A stretch of DNA of 56,251 bases, counting the filler, from Fonticula-like sp. SCN 57-25 (lineage: Eukaryota), in the NCBI GenBank assembly GCA_001724245.1. It is 2 parts of 2 records of this genome, joined end to end, with 100 filler letters (N's around TTAATTAATTAA, not from the genome) between each part and the next. Parts side by side here need not be neighbours in the genome. Positions count along the whole stretch, not along the records: positions 28,225 to 56,251 come from MEDX01000053.1; 1 more part is not named here. One strand, 5' to 3'. The position numbers were made by a program, and so were the translations under genes. Below the pieces are notes generated by a model. It was not told the DNA's origin. It was given only the letters and a program-made list of their open reading frames with translations, and ran no database searches. Of the stretch, positions 55,893-56,251 are shown piece by piece; position 1 is the first letter of the stretch, and each line of letters starts with the position of its first letter.

Positions 55893-56023
55893 CTGGCCGG
55901 GTTTGCCCACCACCTGGCCGGGTTTGCCCACCCCTAGGGGGTAAACTGGCCGGGTTTGCCCACCACCTGGCCGGGTTTGCCCACGAATAACTCTTTAATC
56001 TTCAGATCAAGTAATCTTGTTAA
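55893..56023 (+). repeat. Iteron-type replication origin: 4 x CTGGCCGGGTTTGCCCAC plus AT-rich tract
   Basis: Exact 18-mers at 55893, 55914, 55946 and 55967; central palindrome CCCCTAGGGG; AT-rich 55985-56023. Confidence 0.8.
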
Positions 56024-56119
56024 TGGGCGGGGGGCGAAGCCCCCGGCCCGACAAGAGATTCCCCTTCGGGGGGAAAGACAGAGAGCGGGCTCCGCCCGAG
56101 GTAGAGCAAGCTGTCCCGG

Positions 56120-56251
56120 CCAGGTAGTCCTCAGCTTCCCCGCCAGGTAGACCGCCAGGTAGTCCTCAGCTTGCTCCCCTCCTTCCGCCAGGTAGTCCTC
56201 CAGGTAGTCCTCCAGGTAGTCCTCCAGGTAGTCCTCCAGGTAGTCCTCCAG
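56120..56251 (+). repeat. CCAGGTAGTCCT 12-bp repeat, dispersed then tandem to the contig end
   Basis: Copies at 56120 and 56155, partial at 56143, then five tandem copies from 56188 and a partial copy at the end. Confidence 0.92.

Larger units (their letters stand above)
28225..56251 (+). mobile_element. Temperate HK97-type siphovirus, partial genome
   Basis: Colinear HNH-terS-terL-portal-protease-capsid-neck-tail-TMP module, serine integrase, Bro-N protein, iterons; Shine-Dalgarno sites and overlapping start/stop codons. Confidence 0.96.

Noticed and set aside
55893-56251. CRISPR array
   Set aside because: Repeats are 18 and 12 bp with spacers of 0-14 bp that are not unique spacer-like sequences; no cas genes.

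Overview
The window joins two unrelated contigs with an artificial 100-nt spacer (44 N + TTAATTAATTAA + 44 N, 28125-28224). Left (1-28124): a very compact, GC-rich eukaryotic genome, probably a protist, with short GT(A/G)CG...(C/T)AG introns. It encodes CDC5L, RPS29, an ATF2/Atf1-like bZIP factor, an ankyrin PP1-regulator-like protein, a tandem-FERM protein, a TBC Rab-GAP, DPM1, a Tma17-like protein, NSUN2, SAP30, SDHAF3, TAF5, a bacterial-type HExxPGHH protein and the start of a GH38 alpha-mannosidase. Right (28225-56251): about 28 kb of a temperate HK97-type siphovirus, host possibly a planctomycete (inference only). It covers HNH/terminase/portal/protease/capsid, neck, tail with a -1 frameshifted chaperone, tape measure, a Cys-rich tail tip and a collagen-like fibre, plus a large serine integrase, three DNA methyltransferases, a Bro-N protein, a putative initiator and an iteron origin. 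Most notable: (1) an ATAGATA motif recurs on the late strand, four times exactly 5 nt before an ATG, suggesting a phage-specific leaderless late promoter; (2) a GT9-like glycosyltransferase in the head operon ends in a copy of the neighbouring small head-gene domain, suggesting virion glycosylation; (3) the C5 methyltransferase appears split, with a beta subunit nested in another frame; (4) CGCG is apparently absent and GCGC nearly absent from the phage. All calls were made by eye with no database searches; exon boundaries and counts need computational confirmation.
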